64,000 nucleotides of DNA from Vicugna vicugna (GCA_013265495.1 MU058009.1:1366001-1430000); one strand, 5' to 3'; counted from the stretch's first letter, positions 1 to 13,194 are shown. A program made the numbers and translations. Notes: a model not told the origin generated them from the sequence alone.

Positions 1-208
1 TCAGCTTATGAACGTCTTGGAGGGCAGGGACCTCAGGAGGTTCCGTGTTTATTCTTGATTACTGAGCAGGAAGTCACTGCTGCCGGACTCACCCCGACAC
101 CCTCACATTAGGGGGCTCAAAGAAGGAGCGATCCTCCAGTGAAGTTCAACCTGCACCTGATCGGTTACTCCGTCCCAGGGACAGCTTGGGTGGTCAGCAG
201 CGTCCGCT

Positions 209-548
209 CTTCTTTTTGCAGGTCGTTACAAGATACTGAATATTGTTCACTGTGTTATACAATGAAGCCTTGTTGCTTATCTATTTGATGGATGGTGGCT
301 TGTGTTTGTCAATCCCCTCCCCCAACCTTTTCCCCTTTGGTAACCAGAAGTTTGTTTTCTATGTCTGTGAGTCTGTTTCTGTTTTGTATATAGTTTCATT
401 TGTATTATTTTTTAGATTCCACATGTAAGCGATAGCATATAATATTTGTCTTTCTCTGTCTGCCTTACTTCACTTAGTGTGATAATCTTTAGGTCCATCC
501 AGGTTGCTGTAAATGGCAAAATTTCATTCTTTTTTATGGATATTCCAT

Positions 549-602
<54 letters not shown>

Positions 603-794
603 TATATACACCACATCTTCTATATCCAGTCATCTGTGGATGGACACGTGGGTTGCCTCCATGTCTTGGCTATTGTAAATAGTGCTGCTGTGAACATGAG
701 TGCGTAAGTATCTTTTCGAATCAGAGTTTTGATCTTTTCTCGATATCTCCCTAGGAGTGGGGCTGCCGGATCATATGGTAGCTCTATTTTTAGC
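209..794 (-). mobile_element. LINE-1 3' fragment (ORF2 C-terminus/3' UTR), artiodactyl-type
   Basis: Minus ORF 412-633 gives 'IKKNEILPFTATWMDLKIITLSEVRQTEKDKYYMLSLTCGI', the typical L1 3'-end translation. A (TG)n(TA)n tract lies inside. Confidence 0.9.
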
Positions 795-1904
795 ATTCAT
801 TCTGCTGTAATGCATAAATCAGATGGGGAAGGACAGTCATCAATGAAGTAGATACCCTACTACCATAAGGTCATTATTGAAATAAATGTAATAATGTACT
901 TGTATTAATACATTATATGACTATAGAGTTCCATAATATTAATATATCAAAATGCCTATTCTTGTAATAATACGATATTCCTACATTGTTGCATTAATTA
1001 ACTGTCAGATGAAAATTACGAGTTATGGCTCTATCACTAATGAATAATTTCACTATCAATAATTTGTGGAACTAAGTGGTTTTATTGGAAGCTGTAGCAA
1101 AAACACTGGGTGATGTCTGCGTGTTAAAAACTGATTTGATTTCATAATGTCATTTTATCTCTGTTTCCTGAAAATTTTAAGTAAATTTAGTTTTTGTCCT
1201 AATTATCCAATAATCACCTTATTTCTATATTTTGTTCTGTATCTTATTATTTCACTCCATCTGTGTCCATAACTGTCTCTTTTCAAAGCCCACTTTTTTT
1301 CAATGAACACAATCACCAACAGAAGAGGGAAAGAATTTAACAGCAAAAAAAAAAATGAAGCAAGGTCCCGCGAATGCTTCCAGCTGAGACACCAGCTGGC
1401 GCTGCTGCTGTCTGTGTGGAGTGGAATCCCAGAAGCCACTGAAAGGAGACAATCAGTTTTAGCTGACTCAAAACAATTTTTATGTCCTTTTTCCGAACAC
1501 AGATGAATCTGATGCAAATTGTTTGAAAATAAGAGCCTCACGACTAAATGCATTACCACACTTCACGGCAGAAAACCGCATTTCCTGGTGACGTGATGGT
1601 GTCTGGAAACACTGCCTTCTAAAGGTTGTTAAAATCCTCGGCAGAATCTCTAGTTCTTTTGACTGTTGGTGCTGCTGTTGGCGCTACAAGTAATTAGAAT
1701 TCTTCAGTTTTATAGTGTACCCTCTCCAAAGAGTTCAAAGGTCTTTACAAATCAAAGAGCAATCGGAGCAAGGCCATACCAAAGCTCAGCCATGGCTACA
1801 AGAGATGGTTCGTAAAACGATATGGTTGCTCTTCATAATGTCAGTCTCGAAATGACAGAGATATGTATGGTACGTGACATTTGAAGGGTAATAGAATGGC
1901 AATG

Positions 1905-2132
1905 ACAACAATAGCTAGTGTTTACCCAGGGTTTATTGTATCTCAGACACTGTGTGCATCATCTAATGCACACAAAACTGCATGATTTTGATAATATTAT
2001 TAAACTAGCTTACAGATAAGGAAACTGGAGATACAGAAATTTTAACTAACCCGCCTAAGGTTGCGTAATCAGTGCTATACCGGGGATTCACGCCAGGATC
2101 TGATTCCAGAATCCCTGTGCTCTTAACTACTT
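1905..2132 (-). mobile_element. MIR SINE
   Basis: MIR core reverse complement 'ttacagataaggaaactggagatacagaaattttaactaacccgcctaaggt...ctcttaactac'. Confidence 0.75.
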
Positions 2133-5100
2133 CACAATAATGTCACTTGGTTCTTCCATTTTATTGGCATGGATTTCAGAGATACTGGGGAAAAAAATCA
2201 GAAAGTTGAAGTGGCAGAATGATGGGTCCTTCCATTGACCAGTGTCAGTATCAACATTCAGTCGGCCGACCAATGTCTGTCGGCGTCTCCTGGGTTAATT
2301 GTTCTTTGAGGAACTGAGGGTGCTGGTATGAGTGAGTAAATTGTACAGAAAATTATGAGACAAGCCTTTAAGCAAAGAATGCACTGTTACATAGTAACTA
2401 ATATAATAAAAGAAGACAGACAGTTCAGTTGCTAAGGAAGTTCAGCTAAGTGGTGCTATTTCTGCTTGGGACTGGAAGCCACAATGAGGTCAAGAACCAG
2501 TCTGCATGTGAAGCCAGTCTACGCAGAGAATCTCATCTCTGTTGTGTGGTTCCAGACGAGCTCTCTGGCTGAGGAGAAGTGCAGCGTGATGAACACTTGG
2601 GAAGTTTCTCAGTGGGAGCTTCTGAATTCTCTACCCCTTAAAAATGGGTTGAGGGGAGTGAAGAGGCAGGCATTTCCCAGGATGCTTTTTCTGTTTTCTC
2701 CTTTGTCACTCACCATCTCTCTCTTTTAAATGAAGTAGCTGAGACCCAGGCCACTGTGCTGCAGCAACGGGTGCAGACAGTGTGCTGAGATTCCCCCAAG
2801 TGGAATCAGCCAAAGCCAGCCGCAGCCCTTCACCAGGAGCAGAAGGGAGAGGTGGGTCTGTGTACTTGGGAAAGCCCAGGAGCTCCGCCTGAACTCCTCT
2901 GGTTCCTGCAGCGGCCCCTTAATCAGGCAGAGGCTTGTAGGCAATGTTATACTCCTAGCCTGGAAGGGCAGCCAGCATCTCTCTGCCAGCAGCTCAGTCC
3001 TGTTCATCCACTGCACTCAGTGAACGCCATCGATGGACAGGGTGGGGCTTTCTAATACGTCTCCTGTTCACTGGAGTGGACCCTGAAACCCAGCACGTGA
3101 AGAGCTGGGACCGAACACCACTGTCTACTCGTGAAATTGCTAATGATGACTTTCCGTGGTTGGTGTTTGACAAAGATGCTGTTTCCCATGTGGCCAGCAT
3201 ACACTTGGCCGGCAGACCCACAGTTTGTTTGGCAGATAAGACAAACACTCCCAATTATCCACTGGCTGAGACTGAAAATACATCTCAGAGTCTCCATCCC
3301 AGCCCAGGACGGCTGATCCACTGAACAAGGGGCTTTGTTAAAGAAAAAAAAAAAAGATATCAAGTCTGGACAATATCCCAAATCAGGCCTTAAGTAGCGG
3401 AGCTCTCTGGGACGGCTCAGGTCCGCTCAGCGCAGGGTAATTTCATCAGTTTTTGAAAGGTTACGTTAGGTCTGGAATATTCGTGCACTGGACGTCCAGC
3501 CTTCACTGTGGCTTTGGGCCTTTCAAACTCTCTCAACATTCCTCTCTCAACACTTTGTTAAACTCTACTCAGGGCCCATCTTAAAAATCCAATGAAGAAA
3601 CAAACTAAAAGCATTTATAGCTCTTCCCCAAAACCACTAGGCATTGCGTGTAAAGGATCTGATTTTCAGCTGTTTCCAAATCTACAGTCTCTGCTCATTC
3701 CAGCTGATGCCTGACGACACCAAGAGGCCACTAGTCCGTTTCTAATTATTATGCTCCATCTTCCAAGATGAATCAACTTGAACATCTCCCGAGGCCTTCA
3801 TCACGACTATGACGTTTTCAAAAACAGCACATCGCAGGTATAAAGTTTATCTATTATTTATAACAAATAAACTGAGAGGAGCTGGTCACTTGGAGAACAG
3901 CTTGCTGCTGTTGGTAAGGGTCAGCGTGAAATTCTCGTCCTTAGCCCAACACACACCACTCCCACATCTCTATGCACATCTTAAGCAATTTAATGACTGA
4001 ACGTATTTAAATCCCCTATAATGTAATTTCTTTCTTTCTTCCCTAGTGCAAATGGCTGATCGCCATTCTTTGCATAATGTAGAAAAAAATTGTAATAAAG
4101 CTTGAGAGTCCCACTGAATCAAGAAAACATCAGCCAAATTATTTCTCACTGCACTAGAAGAACAGTAAGAAAAGAAGTTTTACTTAGTTCATATATCATT
4201 AGGGGTGAAGTAAGAAGACAATTTGCACAGGGAAAATTTAATATAAAAATTAAGTGTTTAGAGGGGATTAGCTATTAAGAAAGGATGAAGGTGGATTCTA
4301 AGAAATACTTTAGGGCTGAGGTAGAAAGGGACAGGCTAGAAAGGAGGGTCTCTTCTTTCAGGAAAAAGAACTGCTTTTCTTGGTCTCTTTTTAGGAAATA
4401 TCCTTACATTAACAGTTGATGACTTTATATTCCTTTGATAACTATGTAAGCTTAAAAAGCTAAATTCTAATCTGTTCTTAGAAACAATGATCCGTACATA
4501 TATGTAAACTGAAAAAATATGGGCAGTATATTGTACATATGTATTTACATGCAATGTAACGTACATGTGCAAAGTGTAATAATGCTATGCAATAAAACTG
4601 AAAAGGGAAAAAAAAGACAGTCAATGAACCCACAGATTAATGAAAAGCCAAGAAAGACACAGGCATGCATCATAAAAGGTGGGTCCTTTAGACGGTTCAT
4701 TCACAACCTTTGGCTATTTTCTGCAATAGCCAAAGTCCAGATCAGATCCATGTGAATACCCAGGATTATTTTGTATCTGGTGACACTAAATTAGACCTTT
4801 GCCTGTATCACCCTCAGTCACCACCATCCTTGGTCACTGTCTTCATCAATGTCACCTCCACCGTCACTGTCTCTACCATCCTTAGTCACTCTGTTTTCAG
4901 TAGGTACTAATTAAAGGGCTTCAAAGCAGTAATGATTCTTTATGCCCCAAAGGCGTAATACCTTTGTATACATTGTATTGAGGCTTCATGAGTGTCAGCA
5001 TTTGAATGATGGCCCTGTGTCAATGAAGAGGTGGCAAAAACATAGAACAAGCTTTCTTTTTTTCAGAAGGGCAGGCAGGAGGGGCCATAAAAGTTGTTCC

Positions 5101-5364
5101 CATAAGACAAGCTAGAGATATGCAAGCAAAAGAAATCGTTAAGCTTAGAACCAACTTACATTCTCAAGTTCCTGGCCCACAGGATTCTAAGCTAGCTAAT
5201 GCCAGTATTGGGAGTCAGAAACAAACTTCGTGTAATTCATGATATAGAATGAATAAGACGTCCAGAAAATGCTGCACAGTACCTTGCGGCATACCCTATC
5301 AGTCTAATTATCTCGGCATCATCCTGTTCATGGAATCCAACCCAAAGAAAGAGATGCGCGAATG

Positions 5365-5565
5365 TAAAGGGGTAGCATGAAGGAGAAACTTTGCAGTGAT
5401 GGAAGAGTTCTGTTTCTTGACTGTGGTGGTGATTACACGGATCTAAGGATGGGATAAAGTTCCATAGAACTACACACACACACACACATTTGAAAATGAT
5501 GGGGGAAAAATCTAAGTTCTGTGCTCTAGCCATCAGCAGGTACCAATGTTAATTCCTCACTTTGA
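5365..5565 (+). mobile_element. Old L1 (L1MC/L1ME-like) 3' UTR fragment
   Basis: 'gtgatggaagagttctgtttcttgactgtggtggtgattacac...' resembles old L1 3' UTRs. Confidence 0.6.
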
Positions 5566-5899
5566 GGGGTCCACAGTGGCGCTGCCAAGGGGTGTCCGGG
5601 CTGCCTTAGTGCTCCACCCTTCATCTCCATAGACCCCAAGCCCACCCCAAATAAGGATACTAGTTGAGTAAGACCAAGGCCACTTTTCCAGGCCTTTCCC
5701 TCTCCACCATCTGCCCTAGTTACACTGTTTCTCTCAACCCTGTTGGAGCCACCACTGGATTCAGGGACCTTGAAGGAAACAAACTTACTTTCATTCCATT
5801 TTTTTAAGGATGGCAAATCTGACCATCTCACTAAATGGCTTTTATTTATTTAACAAATTCTTATTCAGTGACTGTCCCAGGCCACGTAGGCCTGAAACA

Positions 5900-7000
5900 A
5901 CAGAAAAACAATTCCTGGTTACCCAATGCCTTGAGGACAAATTCAAGTCACTCAGCCTTCACCTAAGCTCCTTACCGTCTTCACTAGCCTATCTCTCTGG
6001 ACTCATTTCCGTCACTCCCTTCGCTGTTACTCCCCTTCTGGTCACTCCCTACCCCTGGTAGCTATGATGCATTCTGTATTCATCCACATGTGTTTACGTA
6101 TAGTTTCACAAATATTCCACCTTCCTTTGTTCATGTTTATCACTGAGTTTGGAATGCTTCCTCCGTCCTTCCTGGAATGCCTTCTGCCCCAACACACACA
6201 CACACACACCTACATAGGAAACTAATATGAATCATTCAAGACCCAGCCCAAAACGTCTTCCTTTGACTTGTTCCTTAACTCACTAACCTCTGTGGTTAAA
6301 ATGGCTACAATGTCTTTTCAGCTCTCTCTCATTATGAGGAGGTGACAGTTTCCACCATTCTTGATTCTGGAATCGCCTAGTTACTTGTTTTCTTGAATGA
6401 AATGCCGGGGAGGTGACGTGGTTTGACTGCCAAGCTTTAGCTCAAGAGGCCTTGCAGTTTTCACCCTCACTCTCGGGAAGTTGCAGCCACCGTACTAAAC
6501 AAACACCTGGGCTAACCTGCTGGGTGGGCCACGTGGAGGACAGCTGAGATGCCCAGTTGGGAATCCCACCAAATGGCCAGTCACGTGAATATGTTTCTTT
6601 GACTGTCTGACCGTAGCTGAATCACCATGAGGAATCTCAGGAAACACCAACAGAAAAAACATGTGCACCTGAGCCCAGACCCCAGAGCCAAATCATGAAC
6701 AAATAAACGCCAATTGTTTGAAGCCATTCCGTTCCATTATGCTGTGTTACGTAGCAGTACGTACTTGGTCCGACCCCACCCCAACTCCAGTCTCAGATGT
6801 CTAGTCATTTTGAATTCTGAAACACCAAAGCACTCTGCGTCTACTTCTAGAAGAGGATTCACATTTTAACATGATCATTTGTTTATGCATTTCTCCCCAC
6901 TACTAGATCTGAGTTCCCTAGAAGCAGAAATATTCCCAGGACCTCACAGCGAGCCTGAATACACAGCAGGCGCTAATGAAATATCTGTTAATTCAACAAA
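5900..7000. mobile_element. L2 fragments flanking an inserted MLT1 LTR
   Basis: L2-like 'ttcaagtcactcagcc...ctggaatgccttc...ttcaagacccagc' on the left and 'ctccccactactagatctgagttccctagaagcag...cagcaggcgctaatgaaatatctg' on the right. Confidence 0.6.
6291..6765 (+). mobile_element. MaLR solo LTR (MLT1G/H-like)
   Basis: Starts 'tgtggttaaaatggctaca'; contains 'aagaggccttgcagttttc'; 3' end 'aaataaacgccaattgtttgaagccatt...gtgttacgtagcagta'. Confidence 0.7.
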
Positions 7001-8076
7001 GAGCTGAAGCATCAGCCTTCACAAGGACAGACTCCATCATGCGATTCTGTTTGACTGTGTTAACCGAACCACGGGCAGAAGAGACTTTCACTTTTTATAC
7101 TGAGAAGAGTGGAGAATCCCATGCCCCAGGGCCCGGCTCACATGAGGTTAAATTTAGCAGCAGTAATAGACTGGATCTTTTCAGAGACCTAAGATTAAAT
7201 AGCCTCAGATGAGCAGTATTTCACTAGCTCTGCCAACCCAACAGCCAAGGGAACTCTTTGCTTGCAAATAACAGAATGTAATTCCAAGCAAAATCCTGTA
7301 AGTCTTGGCTTTGGGACAAAATGCATTATAAAAATAAAAACATTTGTTTTGTCCAATTCCTCTCAAGAGTTTTGGCCAGCATTATCCAGAATAAGTCAAA
7401 TTATTCACTATAGTCTGCGGTTCCTTATATATGACTGGTAACACGGCTGGAAAAAGACAAGATGATGCTATTAATCATCTTCAGATCATAATTCCTCCAG
7501 GTTAGAGTCTTACTTTTGCATATATTTTAGCGAGATGAATCCCACTGTTGAATAATTAAGTGACCCATCTCTAAGCATGGGTGTAAAGTTACTTTTTCAC
7601 ATTTCAGTAAGGTTTCATTACCATATTTAATACTATTTTCATTGTATGTGTCATTATTAATATTGAATGTCATAATTAAAATTACCATTAGTATTAAGAT
7701 TTAAGGCAAAAAAATGTTGACTAGGAGGCTCAGAAAAGAAGAAATTTTCAATTCTTGTTTTGCTTTGTCGATTTCTTGTTCTTGGCCTCTTTGCATCTTA
7801 AATGTGTGTCTTTAGTTTTTTAATTGTCAATTTTTTTTCATTATGAAATGAATTTTTTTAAAGATTACTAACAAATTATTGTGGGAGGTTTTCATAGTAA
7901 TCACATGTGCACTCAAATAAATAGTGTTTCAGCTAAATAAAATGTGCTTTTGCCTTACAAAATGCTAAGAACCTTAACTACATCTTTAAGTTTTTGTGTT
8001 AATTATTTCACAAATGTTTTTCATTAAAAATAAAATATGATAAATATCATGCCCCTTGTTTTATTATGTTTTCTGG

Positions 8077-9179
8077 TTTTATTGAGATATGATTGACATA
8101 CAGCACCGTGTGTAAGTTTAAAGTATACAGCATAATGATCTGGCTTATGTATATATTATGAAATGATTAACATGATTACCACAGTAAGTTTAGTAAACAG
8201 CTATCACCTCATACAGGTACAAGAAAAGGAAAAAGAAAAAATATATTTTTTCCTTGTGATGAAAACTCTTGGGATATATTCTCTTAACAACTCTCAAATG
8301 CACCATACAGCAGCGTTGACTATTGTCATTGTGTTGTACATTACATCCCTAGTACTTACTTATCTTATAACTGGAAGGTTGTTCTTCTTTTTGGGGGGAT
8401 GGGAAATAGTAATTAGGTTTATTTATGTATTATTTTATTTGAATGGAAGTACTGGGGATTGAACCCAGGACCTCATGCATGCTAAGCATGCACACTACCA
8501 CTGAGCTATATCCGCCCCTCCAAGGAATTTTGTACTTTTGACCACCTTCATCCAATCTACTCTCCCCCTGACTCTAGGAGCCACAAAGCTGATCTTTCAT
8601 CCTATGAGTTTTTTGTTTGTTTGATTCCACATATAAGTGAGATCATACTGTATTTGTCTTTCTCCATCTGACCTATTTCACTTAGCATAATGCCCTCAAG
8701 GGGTCCATCCATGTTGTCAAAAATGGCACGAGTTCTTTATTTTTCATGGCTGAATTTTATATATATCACAACTTCTTTATCCCTTTATCCACTGATGGAC
8801 ACTTGCATTGTTTCCATATCTTGGCTATTGTAAATGATGCTGCTGTGAGCATGGCGGTGCAGCTATCTCTTCCACATAGTGCTTTCATTTCCTTCAGATA
8901 TATTCCCAGAACTGGAATTGCTGGACCATATGGCAGTTCTGTTTTTAATTTTTTGAGAAAACTCAATACTGTTCTCCATATAGTGGCTATACCAATTTAC
9001 AATCCCACTTACAGTACACAAGGGTTCTCTTTTCTCCACATCCTTGCCACCATTTGTTACCTCTTGTCTTTTTAATGATAACCATTCAAAACAGGCATAA
9101 GGTGATATTTCACTATGGTTTTGATCTCCATTTCCCTAATGATCAGTAATGTTGAGCACCTTTTTATATACCTGTTGGC
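8077..9179 (-). mobile_element. LINE-1 3' portion with nested SINE
   Basis: Minus ORF 8766-8966 '[26 protein letters not shown]...[20 protein letters not shown]' matches the L1 ORF2 C-terminus. T-rich end at ~8077. Confidence 0.9.
8381..8518 (-). mobile_element. tRNA-Ala-derived camelid SINE (Vic-1-type)
   Basis: Reverse complement 'ggggcggatatagctcagtggtagtgtgcatgcttagcatgcatgaggtcctgggttcaatccccagtac...aaacctaattac', with A/B boxes and AGC anticodon loop. Confidence 0.85.
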
Positions 9180-9581
9180 AGGAATTTTTTAGTAACTAAA
9201 TAGTATGTATTGATATCAATTTTAAAAATTACTGCACTTGTTAGTTTTTAACTGTAACCAAAATCAATCACTGGTCGGTTTTGAAAATGATTTCTGAATA
9301 CTTAATTAACATATATTGGAACATCTTTTGTGATCTATTTCACTTTCTGCTGTGGAACAGCGGGTCCATCTGGTTCAAGAAAGACTGCACATCTTTACTA
9401 AATTGCTGTAGTTTGGGCAAAATGCAAACTCATCTCCTCATTAGTGAGCCCTTATTTATTTGCAGGGAAACTTAATCCATATGATTTTGATTCGTTGACA
9501 CTTACAGTAATGTAAGCAAATAGTGTTTCATAAGTACTACTTGATTTCCAAGAAGACTTGGAGGCATCTTTTGCTGCGGTC

Positions 9582-9696
9582 TTTTTTTTTTTAACATTTT
9601 TTATTGATTTATAATCATTTTACAATGTTGTGTCAAATTCCAGTGTTCAGCACAATTTTTCAGTCATTCATGGACATATACACACTCATTGTCACA
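9582..9696 (-). mobile_element. Very short 5'-truncated young L1 3' end with TSD
   Basis: Poly(T) plus L1 3' end. TSD ttgctg(c/t)ggtctttt at 9571-9585 and 9697-9711. Confidence 0.85.
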
Positions 9697-10001
9697 TTGC
9701 TGTGGTCTTTTTTCCTAAGAATAAGGAAGTTTATTTTTACAGGTTGGAAAAGGAGAAGAAGCTCAAACTGGAGCAAACATATGGACCTTTATCATGGTAG
9801 GAGGGGATGAAAAACAAATTTCTTTGAGACCAATTATAGCATAAGTGCTGAGGGGTAATTTAGACAGAAGGACAGACCTCAACTTCCAGGTATACACTTT
9901 TAGGAAAAAGAGTAGCCTTCAGCCAGCTTAAGCCAATGGTGATAAGCAAGCCAACTTGCCTTCCCAATGCTGCCCTTCAGAAATCCTAGGTAGATGACCA
10001 A

Positions 10002-10294
10002 TGACTCAATTAGAGATACAAGTAAAACTTTTATAAGTTGAATGCTTGCTGGTTTTGTAACATTCATGTAGGTGGGTGAGCTAAAAATGAGTCATTTTTA
10101 TGTTCTCTGTTGACCTGGGTACCCAATAAACTCCACCTAGACTGGATGGTTCTTAAGCCCAGAGCAGTGACTCACTCACCCTCAAGGCTCACTCAGGGAA
10201 CATTTTGGCTCTGAAGTCCACTAACCCTGGGAACTCCCCAAGTGAGAGGTGGGACTGGTGAGATTTAGAACTGCTGACTTGGAGTTGTGAGTCA
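10002..10294. promoter_or_regulatory. Candidate AP-1/NF-kB enhancer
   Basis: TGACTCA 10002, TGAGTCA 10088, TGACTCA 10168, TGAGTCA 10288; GGGAACTCCC 10229-10238. Confidence 0.55.
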
Positions 10295-11419
10295 TGGGTG
10301 AGTGCCAACGAGCAAGCATAAATCATGTAAGCACTTGAATTTCATAGCCATTATTTATAATACTAAGGTAATGGCCCAACTTTTATGGCCATTTATTTTA
10401 CAGATATAAAAAATAAAGCATTATTAGAATTCTTGATACTAAATTTAGACTTTGAGAATTAAAATTCAGGACAGCTGATCTTTCCTGAACCATAAATAAA
10501 GAGAAGAAATTGCATGATAAAGCCTCTTAACCTAATGCTTTATTTCATATTTATGTGCCCAAAAATCTACAGAGGAAAGACACAAAATTCTGAATCAGCA
10601 AACCTACATTAAGACTCAAGTCTACTGATTATTAGTTATTTAAAGTTGGGAAGTGGCAAAACTCTCTATAGCTTTAGTTTTCCCAGTTGTTACACAGTAA
10701 GCTTTTTAGAGTTAATACCACAATCCTTTCATGTGCTGTGCTTGGAAATTCTTAATAGCCATGAAATACTCCACCCATTTATTCTTAGAAATGCATGTGC
10801 CAATTTTGGAGTAAAAACCTACACACACAGCTCAGCGTGATTAAAATTCAGGAATCTACAAATATTTTTTTAATCTCTGTAAGAAAATATTTTAAGACTT
10901 ACAGTACTGTATTTTAATGTGTTTCTAGGCATGAAGAACAATGGTATATTTGCTTCATACCCCAAACTCACTCCCCCTAAAACACAGTGCCCTCCCCAGC
11001 CACATCAGAATATCCAGTGGTGGCTAAAAGAATACAGTCACACCAGTAAAGGGCCACACTTCCCCAGTGAAAGCCAACGTCCCAGCTCAGCATCAAGTCT
11101 GAGGCACCGTGTTTCACTGTCTCTGTGCCAAGTCTCCTCATCTGTGAATTACTCTCTATAGGCATGATTTCGAAAATAAAACTACAGTTAGAGGGGGAAC
11201 AAATTCTATCAGTTGTTGTTAGAAGCAAAGGTCTTTCTATGCCTTGAATGTTTTGAGTTTTTTTTTTTTTTTCGGACAGAGAAAGCTGCATATTTGAACC
11301 ATATGTGAATCCAAGTGGAGTATGTTAGTTTCGATCGAGCCAGAGTTCCTAGAAGGCTCCCAAAATCCAAGGATGTGGCTGAGAGACCTGGATGCTCACG
11401 GCAAGGATCCAGAACAAAA

Positions 11420-11640
11420 TGTAACCGGTTCCTGTCCACGTGGTCTCTTCGCCCCGCCTGCAGCCGTCCGGCCCCACCCGGGAGCTAGTCCCGCTCGCTC
11501 TGCGGTGGGTGAATCAGGCAACTGTCACAGGCTGGGGGACGGGAGGCGTGAGGCGGGGACGGGAGAGCGGGACGTCTAGCTGTGCTTCAGAAGACGTGGC
11601 CGCTCAGCCCGGTCCGAACGCTGCCAACCAACCCCTCCCT
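11420..11640. promoter_or_regulatory. Small CpG/GC-rich element
   Basis: Local CpG excess, CCACGTGG 11436-11443, GC boxes at 11451-11458 and 11551-11558. Confidence 0.45.
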
Positions 11641-11930
11641 CCCCTGTGGAGTGGGAATTTGGACGAGATGGTTTCTAAGACCTCTTCTGTGTCTGACATT
11701 CAGTGATTCTGCAAAATTCTCGAACAAGGCTGCCATGAATCACTAGAATCATCCGGCCCGTTGGAAGACAAGTGTGAAATATTTGAATATTTGGGAGTCT
11801 GGGACAAAGGAAATGTAGACACAAGAAGATGAGCTCTTCCCTTTCAGGGTAGGAGGGACTGTGACCCAAACTGGGCTCTGGACGCCACCTTCTCCCCAGC
11901 GCAGACATTTCAGCAGCAAACATAGAAAAA

Positions 11931-12007
11931 TCAGGGTTTTCCAGAGAAACAAAACCAAGAGGACGTGTGTGTGTGCACATACACAGACACAAGTGCACAC
12001 ACACTAT

Positions 12008-12055
<48 letters not shown>

Positions 12056-12381
12056 ATTTTAAAGGATTGGCTTATCACGCAATTGTGGGAGCTGGCAAGT
12101 CTGAAATCCACAGGTCAGCCTGGAAGGATCAGGTGGGACTTGATGCCATGATCCTGAAGCAGAATTTCTTCTTCTCTGGATGAACTGTTTTTTGCTGAAG
12201 GTTTTCAATTGATTGGGTTGGGTTCACTCACATTATCAAGGGTAATCGATTTAAAAATGGGCTGCTTGTAGAGGTCAACTCCATCTAGAGAATTCCTTCA
12301 GAGCAGAACCTAGACTAGCGTTTGATTAAACAACTCAGGTCTATAGTCTAGCCAAGTTAGCACAGAAGACTAATTGTCACA
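11931..12381 (-). mobile_element. ERVL solo LTR (MLT2C/D-like) with internal (TTTA)n
   Basis: 'tcagggttttccagagaaacaaaacc...ctagccaagttagcacagaagactaattgtcaca' is an MLT2 reverse complement. (TTTA)n at 12005-12053. Confidence 0.8.
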
Positions 12382-12720
12382 ACTAGTATGAGGAAATTGG
12401 TATTGAGTTGAACGATAGTCCTTTTCAGTAAACCCACACTAGGGACTCAACAAAATAGAGTTAACTCTCTAAAACTTGGCAGAGTAATGAAAACTCGTAA
12501 TGAATTCAAAGGCAGGATATGATATATATATACACACATATATTACATATATTATATACACACACACATATATATACCTTTATAATAATTGTTTTAGTTA
12601 CTCTTTCACAACAAAAAAAGACCAAAACCTTGTGTACAACTGGAGAATATATTTCTCATGCAAATTAGATACTTGTAATTAGAATAGAAAAATTATTTAA
12701 TAATGATAATGCTTAGTGAG

Positions 12721-12845
12721 TTTTTTCTGGTGGGGAGGTTTATTTATTTATTAGGTTTGCTTATTTTTAATGGAAGTACTAGGGATTGAACCCAGGACCT
12801 CATGCATGCTAGGCATGCACTCCACCACTGAGCTACACCCTCCCC
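12721..12845 (-). mobile_element. tRNA-Ala-derived camelid SINE (Vic-1-type)
   Basis: 'agtactagggattgaacccaggacctcatgcatgctaggcatgcactccaccactgagctacaccctcccc'. Confidence 0.85.
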
Positions 12846-13194
12846 ACCCCTGTGTAATAATAGTAACACCAATGAACTGTGTTTCAGTTTATAAACTTAG
12901 GAGAAAACCAGATGTCATCTGAGGACAGTCATGGTCTTTCCCTCTTCTCCATCAGCCCAAATACAGATCAGAATTTATCCTTTCTTTCTCTAACCAGAAT
13001 TTCACAGACACAAGAAGGGAGCTGAAAACAGAGACTTCGAGGTTCCGTGGAAAGAGGCAACGTGTCCTAAAGAAGGCTGGGTAGGAATGCGCTCTCAAGG
13101 ACATCTGAACGGGAAGAGTTTAAAGAAAAGGAGGGTGCTCACAGTCTTCTGGAACACCTCCTCTCCCCTGCAGTTTTTATATATGACTGAAAAT

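Noticed and set aside
1770..1800. 5S rRNA-like start (ggccatacc)
   Set aside because: The match is only 9 bp and the downstream sequence does not follow 5S.
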